From the NCBI GenBank assembly GCA_963716725.1, contig CAVQUB010000013.1, positions 64,001-128,000 of the forward strand: 64,000 nucleotides of DNA, written 5' to 3'. A program made the translations under genes and the position numbers. Below, piece after piece: positions 1 through 8,903 of the stretch. How positions within the stretch are numbered: the stretch's first letter is position 1; each line of letters opens with the position of its first letter. The stretch is from an uncultured delta proteobacterium. Its GTDB lineage: Bacteria > Myxococcota_A > Polyangia > Polyangiales > Polyangiaceae. Under the pieces are notes generated by a model. It had not been told where the DNA came from and did not search any database. It saw only the letters and a list, made by a program, of their open reading frames with translations.

Positions 1-1321
1 CGGCGCGGTCGCCGGGCTCGATCTCCCGGTGCGATGCCGTGACCAGGCAGACCGAGCTGTACTTGTTCGCTCGGAGGATGCGCAGCTCGCCGATGATCTC
101 TTCGGGGAAATCCTTCTCGTTGCCCTTGAGCGGCGTGTTTTCGAAGGTCGCGCTCTCGGGCACCTCGATTCGCATGCGCTGCCGCGCCGTACGGGTGGCG
201 GTCTTGAGCGAGCCACGCCAGGCATCGCCCTTGGCGACGATGAACAGGCGGATGCCCGCGCTGACACCGTCCTCGGTCCCACGGTCGATGAAAACGATCT
301 GATTTTGGCCGAGGATTTCGTGGGGGTAGATGCTGGTGAGCACCCGCGCCCAGCGGTTGACTCGAGACGGCTTCGGGGGGACGACGTCGATCCTCCGCCC
401 AACGTCGCCCACCAGCGCCCCACGCTCGATGACGTCGGTGGACTCTGTGATGGTGCCCCGCGCGAGCCGCTTCTTCTCGTCCCACTGATCGACGCGAACC
501 GTGCCCTTGATCGCGATGATCTCGCCGGGCGGACGCCGCGCGCCCTTCACGGCTGCGGGCTTGCGCACCTTGGTGAAGATCGTGAGCTTCTGACCCGGGA
601 CCACTTCGACGTTGGGCTTGATCTGGAGGTAGACGTGGTTGCCCTCGGACAGGAGCATCTGGTCTTCCCGCGAGCCGAGCAGCTCACCTTTCACCTGCCG
701 CCGCGGATCTTCGATGAAGCCGGCGCGTCGCAGGAAGATGGTGTCGGCCGGCACCGCGCCACGCCGATCGACGAGACCGCCTCCGTCGCCGAGGGCCGCG
801 GCGTCCCGATAGTCGCCGCCTTGCTTCATGCGCACCTGATCACCGGGGTAGATCCAATGCGGGTTCGAGATCTGGGGGTTGAAGGACCAGACCTTCGGCC
901 AGTTCCACGAGTTGCCGTAGTAGTGACCCGAGAGATCCCAGAGCGTGTCGCCGCGACGCACGGTGTGGAAGGGCGGAACCCGGAGCGCCGCGCCACGGCC
1001 GAGGATCGCAGCGGACCCTTGGTTCCCGCGGATGCTGCCCCCGCCGGCGGAGCCCCGTCCTAGATCGAAGGTGTCGCCCTTGGTCGTGTCCGACCGCGAA
1101 CGCGAACTCGAAGGCAGGTGCGCATCGGGATCAGCGGCGCCGGGCTGCGGGAATCCAAACGGTGGTGTACTTACGGTGGTGACGGTGGTCTGGGTCGGGG
1201 CCTGCCCGCCGCCTTCGGCTCCTGCGCCTCCGCCGGTGTCTTGCGCGAGCGCGTGCGGGCTCACCAGGCCCACGGCCGTGAGCATCGAGACGCACCAGAA
1301 AACCCTCGGTCCCTTGCGCAT
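1..1321 (-). CDS. Secreted LysM peptidoglycan-binding protein (TsaP-like), 3' end runs off the window
   Basis: Manual translation from ATG at 1321: signal peptide MRKGPRVFWCVSMLTAVGLVSPHALAQ and LysM motif HTVRRGDTLWDLSGHYYGNSWNWPKVWSFNPQISNPHWIYPGD. Absent from the ORF track because the stop lies outside the window. Confidence 0.8.
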   Translation of the reverse strand, partial: MRKGPRVFWCVSMLTAVGLVSPHALAQDTGGGAGAEGGGQAPTQTTVTTVSTPPFGFPQPGAADPDAHLPSSSRSRSDTTKGDTFDLGRGSAGGGSIRGNQGSAAILGRGAALRVPPFHTVRRGDTLWDLSGHYYGNSWNWPKVWSFNPQISNPHWIYPGDQVRMKQGGDYRDAAALGDGGGLVDRRGAVPADTIFLRRAGFIEDPRRQVKGELLGSREDQMLLSEGNHVYLQIKPNVEVVPGQKLTIFTKVRKPAAVKGARRPPGEIIAIKGTVRVDQWDEKKRLARGTITESTDVIERGALVGDVGRRIDVVPPKPSRVNRWARVLTSIYPHEILGQNQIVFIDRGTEDGVSAGIRLFIVAKGDAWRGSLKTATRTARQRMRIEVPESATFENTPLKGNEKDFPEEIIGELRILRANKYSSVCLVTASHREIEPGDRA

Positions 1322-1324
1322 GAT

Positions 1325-1810
1325 TCAGGTCCCCTGCGGAGCGGAGCGACGTGCACCCGCATTCTGGCCCATCGGCGCGGTCCCGGCACGTGGCGTGGGC
1401 TTCTTCATCCAGGCGGGCGTCCGCGCACCGTGGTCTTTGATCACCGGTCGCGGCCCGGATTCTTCCTCCGCGGGCTCGGGCTCCGGCTCGGCCACGGGCT
1501 CGGCGCTCGGCGCGGATTGGCCCGGCCCAAGCTTGACGACCTTCAGGGCCGGCCTGGCGACGCGGGACTCCTCAGCCTCGGCGGCCGGGGCCGCGGCCGC
1601 GGTCGGCGCGCGCGGGTGCATCGAAGTGATTTCCAACGCTTGGACCCGCTCCCCCAGTCGGTCATTGGTGTTCTGAAGCCGGGTGACCTCGTCCTGGAGA
1701 TTCGCGACGCGCTTCTCCATGGCGTCGCGGTTCGCGCCGCCACAGCCGGCGGCAAACGCCGCGCACGCGAAGAGAAAAACGAAGGCGGCTTTGGGCATGA
1801 GGCTCCGCAT
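1325..1810 (-). CDS. Small coiled-coil lipoprotein (resembles the YbgF/CpoB N-terminus)
   Basis: Lipobox-like FAAGC followed by a coiled coil (MEKRVANLQDEVTRLQNTNDRLGERVQALE). Start chosen inside ORF 1325..2287. Confidence 0.6.
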   Translation of the reverse strand: MRSLMPKAAFVFLFACAAFAAGCGGANRDAMEKRVANLQDEVTRLQNTNDRLGERVQALEITSMHPRAPTAAAAPAAEAEESRVARPALKVVKLGPGQSAPSAEPVAEPEPEPAEEESGPRPVIKDHGARTPAWMKKPTPRAGTAPMGQNAGARRSAPQGT

Positions 1811-1951
1811 CGGCCGAAGTCTAAGATTCGACGAAGCGTCGGGCCAAAAACTCAGGTGATCCGGTCGCCGATTGTCCTGGCACAGATGTTGGCTCGATGC
1901 GCCGGCACCTGATTCTGGACGGAGCAACCCGGGGCGGCTAGGTTCGTTCTC

Positions 1952-2782
1952 GTGCAGTCGAGGGTCCGCAAGGGAGGCGAACGTCGGCGCCGGATCGATC
2001 TCCGGAAGACACTGTTCATCCTTCCGAACATGATCACGATGGCGGCCGTCTTTTGCGGCTTCAACGCCATCCGGATCTGCGCCAAGCCCGGCGCGGAGAT
2101 CGAGGACTTCCACCGCGCCGCCGTGCTCTTGATGTTCGCGATGCTCTTCGACCTGCTCGACGGTCGGGTCGCGCGGTTGACCAAGACCCAGAGCGCCTTC
2201 GGGCTGCAGCTCGACTCGCTGGCGGATCTCGTCTCTTTCGGAGTGGCCCCGGCCCTGTTGGTCTACCAGTGGGTGCTGCACCGTCATCCGATCCCGGGCC
2301 TGCTCGTCGCCTTCTTGTATGTGGCCTGCGCCGCGGCTCGCCTCGCTCGATTCAACGTGCTGTCGTCCGCCCCGAGCGGCGCCCCAGTGAAGCCCGGAAA
2401 GTTCATCGTCGGGCTCCCGTCACCGCCGGCGTCGGGGGTGCTCATCTCCCTGGCAGTGGCCGACTCTGCGGTCGGCGGTGCGCTCGGCTCCGAGAAGAAC
2501 ACGCTGCTCTTCTTCGCGGTGACCGTAGTCGTGGCGCTGCTGATGGTCTCCAACGTGCGCTTCCGATCCTTCAAGGAATTGAAGCCCAACCCCGCCACCA
2601 TCCTGTTTGTACTGTTTGTCATGGGCTCGAGCCTTGCGGTCAGCCACATGCTCAAGCCGCACTTCGTGCTCATCTGGCTGCTCGGCGTCTACATCACCAT
2701 CGGCTTGGTCGAGTCGATCCGGGCGCTGGCTCAGTGGCTCATGCGCGAACGCGTGCGTGACACCACGCCGCCGGCCGAGTGA
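1952..2782 (+). CDS. pssA: CDP-diacylglycerol--serine O-phosphatidyltransferase
   Basis: LPNMIT, DLLDGRVAR..SAFGLQLDSLADLVSFGVAPA (CDP-alcohol phosphotransferase motif), ARLARFN, FIVGLPSP. Confidence 0.9.
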   Translation: MQSRVRKGGERRRRIDLRKTLFILPNMITMAAVFCGFNAIRICAKPGAEIEDFHRAAVLLMFAMLFDLLDGRVARLTKTQSAFGLQLDSLADLVSFGVAPALLVYQWVLHRHPIPGLLVAFLYVACAAARLARFNVLSSAPSGAPVKPGKFIVGLPSPPASGVLISLAVADSAVGGALGSEKNTLLFFAVTVVVALLMVSNVRFRSFKELKPNPATILFVLFVMGSSLAVSHMLKPHFVLIWLLGVYITIGLVESIRALAQWLMRERVRDTTPPAE

Positions 2783-2849
2783 AGCCTGGCCCGAGCGCCG
2801 CTCTCGGCGCACCCTCGGGATTTGCGGCGGCGCGTGCTAGAACTCGGGA

Positions 2850-3635
2850 ATGTCGCAGCGTTGGCGTGCCCTGCTTCTGCTCTTGTGTTGCCTCTCTCCG
2901 CTCGTCATGACGGTGGCGTGCAAGAACGAGCAGAACGCGCCTAGCAGTGAAGACCCCACGGGAGCGAAACCCACGAGTCAGGAGCTCCCCCCTCTCGAGG
3001 TCAAGGACGACACGCCGAAGCTGCTGCTCACCTGGATCGACGAGAAGGGAGATTTTCACGTCGTGCAGAAGGTGGCCGAAGTGCCCGAGGCGGGTCGTGC
3101 CGCTGTACGCGTGGTGAGCACCACCCGAGAGGAGGGCAGCGGCAAGCTGGTATACGTGGCCGACCTCTCGAAGAAGAACCCCGACGGCACCTATCCGGTC
3201 AAGGTCATCCCGCGCTCGGACTGGGACGAGAAGGGCGCGAGCCGCCGCAAGGCCCGCCTTGAAGCGCTGGCACCGCCGCCGAGCGCTACGGCGCCCCCGT
3301 CGGCCGTCGCCTCCGGTTCCGCTGCGCCCGGCCCCGCGCCGACCGTGCCCAAGTTCACGGGCAACAAGGTGGTCGCCATCGTCTACGGTGCCGAGTGGTG
3401 CAAGCCCTGCCACGATGCAGCTGCGTACTTGAAGCAGCGAGGCGTGACCGTGGTCGAGAAGGACGTGGACGCCGACGAAAGCGCGCAGGCCGAGATGCAG
3501 AAGAAGCTCGAGCGCGTGAAGATGCCCGGGGCGTCCATCCCCGTGATCGACGTCATGGGTCAGATCTTGGTGGGCTACAGCCCCCGAGCGCTCGAACGAG
3601 CGGTCGAGACCGCCAAGAACGCCAAGACGCTGTGA
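2850..3635 (+). CDS. Glutaredoxin-domain lipoprotein
   Basis: Signal peptide with lipobox VAC; C-terminal YGAEWCKPC...SIPVIDV glutaredoxin fold. Confidence 0.8.
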   Translation: MSQRWRALLLLLCCLSPLVMTVACKNEQNAPSSEDPTGAKPTSQELPPLEVKDDTPKLLLTWIDEKGDFHVVQKVAEVPEAGRAAVRVVSTTREEGSGKLVYVADLSKKNPDGTYPVKVIPRSDWDEKGASRRKARLEALAPPPSATAPPSAVASGSAAPGPAPTVPKFTGNKVVAIVYGAEWCKPCHDAAAYLKQRGVTVVEKDVDADESAQAEMQKKLERVKMPGASIPVIDVMGQILVGYSPRALERAVETAKNAKTL

Positions 3636-4612
3636 AGGACGACACGGCCAAGAAGCTCGAGCGGATCTGGCCCTGGATCCCCGCGTTTCGCGCCGTCGCT
3701 GAGACCGAACACCTGCCGACGGCGGCGGCGCGCCTGCACCTGAGCGCCTCCGCCCTCTCGCGCAGCGTGAAGCTCGTAGAAGAAGCCCTGGGGGAAGAGC
3801 TGTTCGTGCGCGGCTCGCGACGCATCACGCTGAACCATGCAGGACAGCGCCTGCTCGATGCCATCCGGCGCAGCGTCTCGTCGCTCGAGCACACACTGCA
3901 CGGGGTGCTCTCCCGGGACTTCACCGGCAGCTACCGCGTCGCGTCGCTGGGCGTGCTGACGGATTACTTCGTGCTGCCGGCGCTCTTGGACGTGCAGCGC
4001 GATCGCCCGCTGGTGGTGCCGTGCATGACCACGCTGTCGTCGAAGGAGGCCAATCGCCAGTTGGCGAGCGGGCAGGTCGAAGTCGCATTCTACTACGACG
4101 CCACCTCGATGCCGGGCATCGCCTGCCGGCGCATCGGGGCACTATCCAACTCCCTGTACTGCGGCAAGGCGCACCCGCTCTTCACGGAAAAGACGGTGAC
4201 GCTCGCGACCATCGCGGACCACGAGCTCAGCGTCGCGGGCATCGGGGATCGCGGCACGCCGATGGATGGTTGGCCCGTGGAGGTCCCGCGCAAGGTCGGC
4301 TTTCAGATCACGATGCTCTCGACGAATTTGCGGGTGGCGCTGTCTGGCAGGTTCGTCTGCGTGCTGCCAGACGTGGTCGCCGAGGCCGACTTCCGCGCGG
4401 GCAGGCTTCGGCGTTTGCCGCCCACGCCCGTCCCGGACACCGATGTGTTCGCCGCCTGCCGGGCCGAAGACGCGCAGTCGAGCTTCACGGCCGACGTGAT
4501 CCAGCGGGTCGAGCGCGCCTTCGCCCGAGTCCCGCGGCCGGGGCCGGCACCGGCACCGGGACCGGGACGGACAGCCGCGCGCGGCGCCCGGAAACAGCCG
4601 CGAAAACGCTGA
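3632..4612 (+). CDS. LysR-family transcriptional regulator
   Basis: FRAVAETEHLPTAAARLHLSASALSRSVKLVEEALGEELFVR HTH; GTG start overlaps the upstream stop. Confidence 0.85.
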   Translation: MKDDTAKKLERIWPWIPAFRAVAETEHLPTAAARLHLSASALSRSVKLVEEALGEELFVRGSRRITLNHAGQRLLDAIRRSVSSLEHTLHGVLSRDFTGSYRVASLGVLTDYFVLPALLDVQRDRPLVVPCMTTLSSKEANRQLASGQVEVAFYYDATSMPGIACRRIGALSNSLYCGKAHPLFTEKTVTLATIADHELSVAGIGDRGTPMDGWPVEVPRKVGFQITMLSTNLRVALSGRFVCVLPDVVAEADFRAGRLRRLPPTPVPDTDVFAACRAEDAQSSFTADVIQRVERAFARVPRPGPAPAPGPGRTAARGARKQPRKR

Positions 4613-4687
4613 TCGTTCCAGCAGACTGAACGATATGTGGCGATCATTCTGATGGTCGCGGGCCCCCGTTGGCCCCAAGCTTCGAGC

Positions 4688-5431
4688 ATGACCACCCCGA
4701 AGATCGTCACCCGCCGCGCTGCCCTCGGCGCCTTCGCCACCAGTGTCGTTGCCGTGGGCTGCGGTGGCGCGCAGGAGGCCGGTTCCAAGGGCGCCGGCGG
4801 CGGAGGCGGGAGTGCGGGCGCGGGCGGGAGCGCGGGCGCGGGCGGAAGCGCGGGCGCGGGCGCGGGTGGCAGCGGCGGCGCCTCGAGCGGCGGAGCCGGC
4901 GGCGGCCTCGCGGAGTGCAAGCTGACCGGCCCGACCCCCGGCTGCAAGGTCACGGACGACAACATCTTGGGACCATTCTACAAGGCGGACGCGCCGTTCC
5001 GCACCGACATCACCGAGGGCAGCGTCGGAACCGTGCTCCGGGTCAAGGGAAAGATCTACGGTTGCGACTGCGAGACGCCGCTGGCAGACGCGGTCGTCGA
5101 CATCTGGCAGGCCGACGATTCAGGCGCCTATGACAACACCGGCTTCGTGCTTCGAGGTCGCGTGAAGACGGACGCCGAGGGTCGCTACGAAGTACGGACG
5201 ATCATGCCGGGGCTCTACCTCAACGGGAGCACGTATCGGCCGCGCCACGTACACTACAAGGTGAGTCATCCGGACGGCGCGGCGCTGACGACACAACTCT
5301 ACTTCGAGGGAGATCCCTGGATCCCGACGGATGCCTTCGTCAAGGCGTCGCTGGTGCGGCCGCTCAGCGAGTCCGTCGGCGCCGGCGGCGCGAAGGAGTA
5401 CGACGTGAGCTTCGACGTGGTGCTCGGTTGA
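4688..5431 (+). CDS. Intradiol ring-cleavage dioxygenase-family protein, Tat/lipoprotein signal
   Basis: TRRAAL signal; ILGPFY, VDIWQADDSGAY, LRGRVKTDAEGRYEVRTIMPGLY, RPRHVHYKV. Confidence 0.85.
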   Translation: MTTPKIVTRRAALGAFATSVVAVGCGGAQEAGSKGAGGGGGSAGAGGSAGAGGSAGAGAGGSGGASSGGAGGGLAECKLTGPTPGCKVTDDNILGPFYKADAPFRTDITEGSVGTVLRVKGKIYGCDCETPLADAVVDIWQADDSGAYDNTGFVLRGRVKTDAEGRYEVRTIMPGLYLNGSTYRPRHVHYKVSHPDGAALTTQLYFEGDPWIPTDAFVKASLVRPLSESVGAGGAKEYDVSFDVVLG

Positions 5432-5432
5432 G

Positions 5433-6572
5433 TCAGAAGCCCTGCGCCCGCAGGTACTTCACCAGCTCGACGTAGAGCTCCTTGTGCTTGAACTGGTTTC
5501 CGATCCCAGGTGAATCCCCGAACAGTTGACCCACTTCGTCCAGGTGATCGGCGGGAACACACCCCAAAAAAGTGCCCCAGCGCGCGTCCTTGACGCGCAC
5601 CAACCCGTCATTGACGTCCGGCTGCCCGAGCCCACCGTCCAGGTACGCCTCGCTCGCGAAGAGCAATGCGTCGACTGGGTCGGCTTCGAGCTTCCACTTC
5701 TCGACGAAGGGCACGCTCTCGTCCGGCTTGCACTCCGACCCGCCCAGCTTGAAGTCGCTGCGACCGGTGAGTGACCAGTACCGCACCGCAGCGCGATCCG
5801 TGTACTGGGCGTTGAACGCGGCGATGCCCGCCTTCGAGAACAACTCGAGCGGCTTCCAGATCGACGTCTTCTTTCCGGCGGCGTCCCAGAGCGCGTAGCC
5901 GATCTGCTTCACCAACCAGTCCACGACGTCCTTCGCTCCAGGATCCGAGACCACGCCGACCAGCACGTCGGCGATGGGCGTGCCGCCGTGCGGCGTCGCA
6001 AACGTGGTCACGCTCGCGATCAGATCGGGACGCTCGTGCGCGACGACGCGGGCGTCGAGGCCACCCTGGGAGTGGCCGATGAGGTTCACCTTTCCGTGAC
6101 CGGTCTTGGCCAAGATCTTCTCGATCTCGGCTTCGAGCTGGGCCCCGCGATGCGTCGAGTCGTTGAAGGGGTCCACGGCTGGGGTGAACACCAGCAGCTC
6201 GCCCTTGGCGGCCAGCTCTTGCTTCACCTGGTAGAAGTAGGTGATGGCGTCGAGCCCCGCGAACTTCTCGAAGCCGAAGAACCCGTGGGCCAAGACCACC
6301 GGGTAGGGCGGGCCGAGCAGCACCGCGGAATCCGCGTCCACCCCTCCGTCCTGGTGACCGCCCACCGCTGAGTGCCCTCCGGTCGGGAGGCTGCCCCCGG
6401 CGCCCGCGGCGCCCGCCACTCCCCCCGTCGACGCGCCGCCGCCAGTCCCGGAATACCCCTCCTCCGCCGCGTCGCTCCCGCCACAGGCGCTGACCCAGAC
6501 CAGCGCGAGACCCGAGGCGATCCACATCCAGCGCATCGACGGAAGCTTCTCCGATGCCGTCATCGAGGTCAA
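5433..6572 (-). CDS. Triacylglycerol lipase (family I alpha/beta hydrolase), lipoprotein
   Basis: YPVVLAHG, KVNLIGHSQGG nucleophile elbow, TPHGGT, NDGLV, DHLDEVGQ. Exact start uncertain. Confidence 0.85.
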   Translation of the reverse strand: MTSMTASEKLPSMRWMWIASGLALVWVSACGGSDAAEEGYSGTGGGASTGGVAGAAGAGGSLPTGGHSAVGGHQDGGVDADSAVLLGPPYPVVLAHGFFGFEKFAGLDAITYFYQVKQELAAKGELLVFTPAVDPFNDSTHRGAQLEAEIEKILAKTGHGKVNLIGHSQGGLDARVVAHERPDLIASVTTFATPHGGTPIADVLVGVVSDPGAKDVVDWLVKQIGYALWDAAGKKTSIWKPLELFSKAGIAAFNAQYTDRAAVRYWSLTGRSDFKLGGSECKPDESVPFVEKWKLEADPVDALLFASEAYLDGGLGQPDVNDGLVRVKDARWGTFLGCVPADHLDEVGQLFGDSPGIGNQFKHKELYVELVKYLRAQGF

Positions 6573-6615
6573 ACCCGCTTGACGGCGGGGCCGCCGGACC
6601 TATGCGCACCACGTC

Positions 6616-7524
6616 ATGCACGGTGGGAACGGAGTTCGGCCAGGCTACTCGATCAGAGTCGCGTCTCGCCTTACTGGGCTGTCTTCCGACACGCTCCGGA
6701 TGTGGGAGCGCCGCTACGGGTTCCCGAAGCCCGATCGCAACCCGGCCGGTGTTCGGGTCTACACGCAAGAGCACGTCGAGCGATTGATGCTCGTGGCGCG
6801 GACGCTGAAGGCGGGCTACCGCGCCGGAGAAGTCGTGAGCCGGAGTCGCGACGAACTGTCCGATCTCCTGGCATCGACGGCGAACACCGGGCTCAAGACC
6901 GGCGTTCTGCCCTCTTCCGTCGAGTCGCTCTTGCGTCACCTCGAGCGCGACGACGTGCCGGCGTTGGTAGTCGAGATCCGGCAGAACCTGGCAACCCTGG
7001 GACCCAAGCGCTTCGTCGTCGAGGTCTGCTCACCGCTGGTCGAGCGCGTCGGCGAGGCCTGGGCGGTTCGCGAGCTCGAGATCCGGCACGAGCACATGCT
7101 GAGCGCCGTGCTCGCGACGCAGCTCCGCTTGATGCTCTCGACCTACGAAGGCGCGACTGCGCAACCGGTCGTGTTGCTCGCGACGCTTCCTGGCGAGCAC
7201 CACGCGCTGGGCATGGAGATGGCCGCCCTGTACCTGGCTCTCTCCGGCGCCACCCCGCGGCTGCTGGGGGTCGACTCCCCGCCGGATCAGATCGTGAGCG
7301 CTGCCCGGCATGCACGAGCGAGGGTCATTGGCATCAGCATCTCTGCGAGCGCGAAGCTCGACGCGGTGACCGAAGACCTGGAGTGGCTGCTGCGCGAGAC
7401 GGACGACGACACGCGGGTTTGGCTGGGAGGCAGGCGATCCAAGAGCGTGGCGCTGATCCATCCGCGGCTGGATCGGCTTCCAACCTGGGATGACCTCGAC
7501 GGCGCGCTGGCCCGGCTGAACTGA
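6616..7524 (+). CDS. MerR-family regulator with cobalamin-binding domain (CarH/CarA/LitR-like)
   Basis: MerR HTH (TLRMWERRYGFPKPDR), W-x9-EH motif (WAVRELEIRHEH) and GEHHALG B12-binding motif. Confidence 0.85.
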   Translation: MHGGNGVRPGYSIRVASRLTGLSSDTLRMWERRYGFPKPDRNPAGVRVYTQEHVERLMLVARTLKAGYRAGEVVSRSRDELSDLLASTANTGLKTGVLPSSVESLLRHLERDDVPALVVEIRQNLATLGPKRFVVEVCSPLVERVGEAWAVRELEIRHEHMLSAVLATQLRLMLSTYEGATAQPVVLLATLPGEHHALGMEMAALYLALSGATPRLLGVDSPPDQIVSAARHARARVIGISISASAKLDAVTEDLEWLLRETDDDTRVWLGGRRSKSVALIHPRLDRLPTWDDLDGALARLN

Positions 7525-7569
7525 CAAGGCAGGCGCGGAGGCCTCCCCGACGATGTATCGTCGGCGCCG

Positions 7570-8899
7570 ATGCTCAGCGTCTCGTGCTTCGACGGGCTCC
7601 CCGGCCCGACCCACAGCCACGCGGGGCTGTCGCCGGGCAACCTCGCGGCGGCCCAGCACGCCGGGCAGACCGGAAACCCCAAGGCCGCCGCCCACGAGAG
7701 CCTGGCCAAGATGCGCACCCTCCGGGGCCTGGGCGTCTCGCAAGGCCTGCTCCCGCCCCAGGTGCGACCTCAGGTGGTTGCCCTGCGCCGCCTGGGCTTC
7801 TCGGGCAGCGACGCCGAAGTGATCGCGCACGCCGCCCGCACCGACGACGGATACTTCTTGCGGCTCGCATCTAGCGCCTCGGCCATGTGGACCGCAAACG
7901 CGGCCACCGTCGCCCCCTCATGCGACACGCCCGACGGCCGCGTCCACCTGACCGTCGCGAATCTTGCGAGCAATTTCCATCGCAGCTTGGAGGCTCCAAC
8001 GACGTTGCGGGTCCTCAACTCGATCTTCTCGGACGCGCGCCACTTCGTCGTGCACGAACCGCTGCCCACGAACGACCTCTGGGCTGATGAAGGGGCGGCG
8101 AACCACATCCGACTGGAGACGTCGCGGTCGAGCGCTCACCTCTTCTGCTGGGGCCGGACGGCGTTGGGCACCGCCGCTGCGCCAAGCAAACACCCGACCC
8201 GGCAGACCCTGGAGGCAAGCCGCGCACTGGCCCGCCTGCACGGCATCTCGGAGGCCCAAGCGCTGTTTCCCCAGCAGGATCCCGCAGGGATCGACGCCGG
8301 AGCGTTCCACACCGACGTGCTCGCGGTCGGGCTGGACCGCTTCTTGATGCTTCACGAACGCGCTTTCGTCGAGGTCGAAGCCGTGATCGACGAACTGCGA
8401 GCCAAGCTCGGCGGCGAGCTGGTGGTGGCGCTGGCGCGGGAAGCCGACGTGCCGCTGACCGAGGCGGTGAACACCTATCTCTTCAACAGCGAACTGTGCG
8501 CCCTCGACGGCGGCCGTCTCGCGTTGGTAGCACCGCGGCAGGCCGAGCGCTCCGAGTCGACGCGGCGGTTCTTGGACCGGCTCGTCGCCGAGCCCACCCC
8601 GGTCGACCGCATCGTGTATGCGGATTCTGTCCGCCTCCATGAAGAACGGCGGTGGCCCGGCCTGCCTGCGCCTCGCGGTCCCGCTCACTCTCGAAGAGCG
8701 CGCGGCGGTCCGCGGTCGCGTGTTCCTGGACGACGGTCTCGACCGCGAGCTGATCGCGTGGGTCGACAAGCACTACCGGGACCGCCTGGCTCTGGACGAT
8801 CTCGCCGATCCCGCGCTCTACGCCGAGTGCCTGACGGCGCTCGACGAGCTGACGGCGCTCTTGGAGCTCGGCTCCGTCTACGACTTCCAGCGGGTCTGA
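7570..8899 (+). pseudogene. astB: N-succinylarginine dihydrolase with a +1 frameshift near 8625 (real or assembly error)
   Basis: FDGLPGPTH, SASAMWTANAATV, DEGAANH, YLFNS in one frame; [13 protein letters not shown]...LGSVYDFQR in the next. Removing one T in GCGGATTCTG restores the frame. Confidence 0.85.
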
Positions 8900-8903
8900 C
8901 CGC

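Noticed and set aside
4790..4910. Gly/Ser/Ala-rich repeats after lipoprotein signals
   Set aside because: Common low-complexity linkers in myxobacterial lipoproteins.
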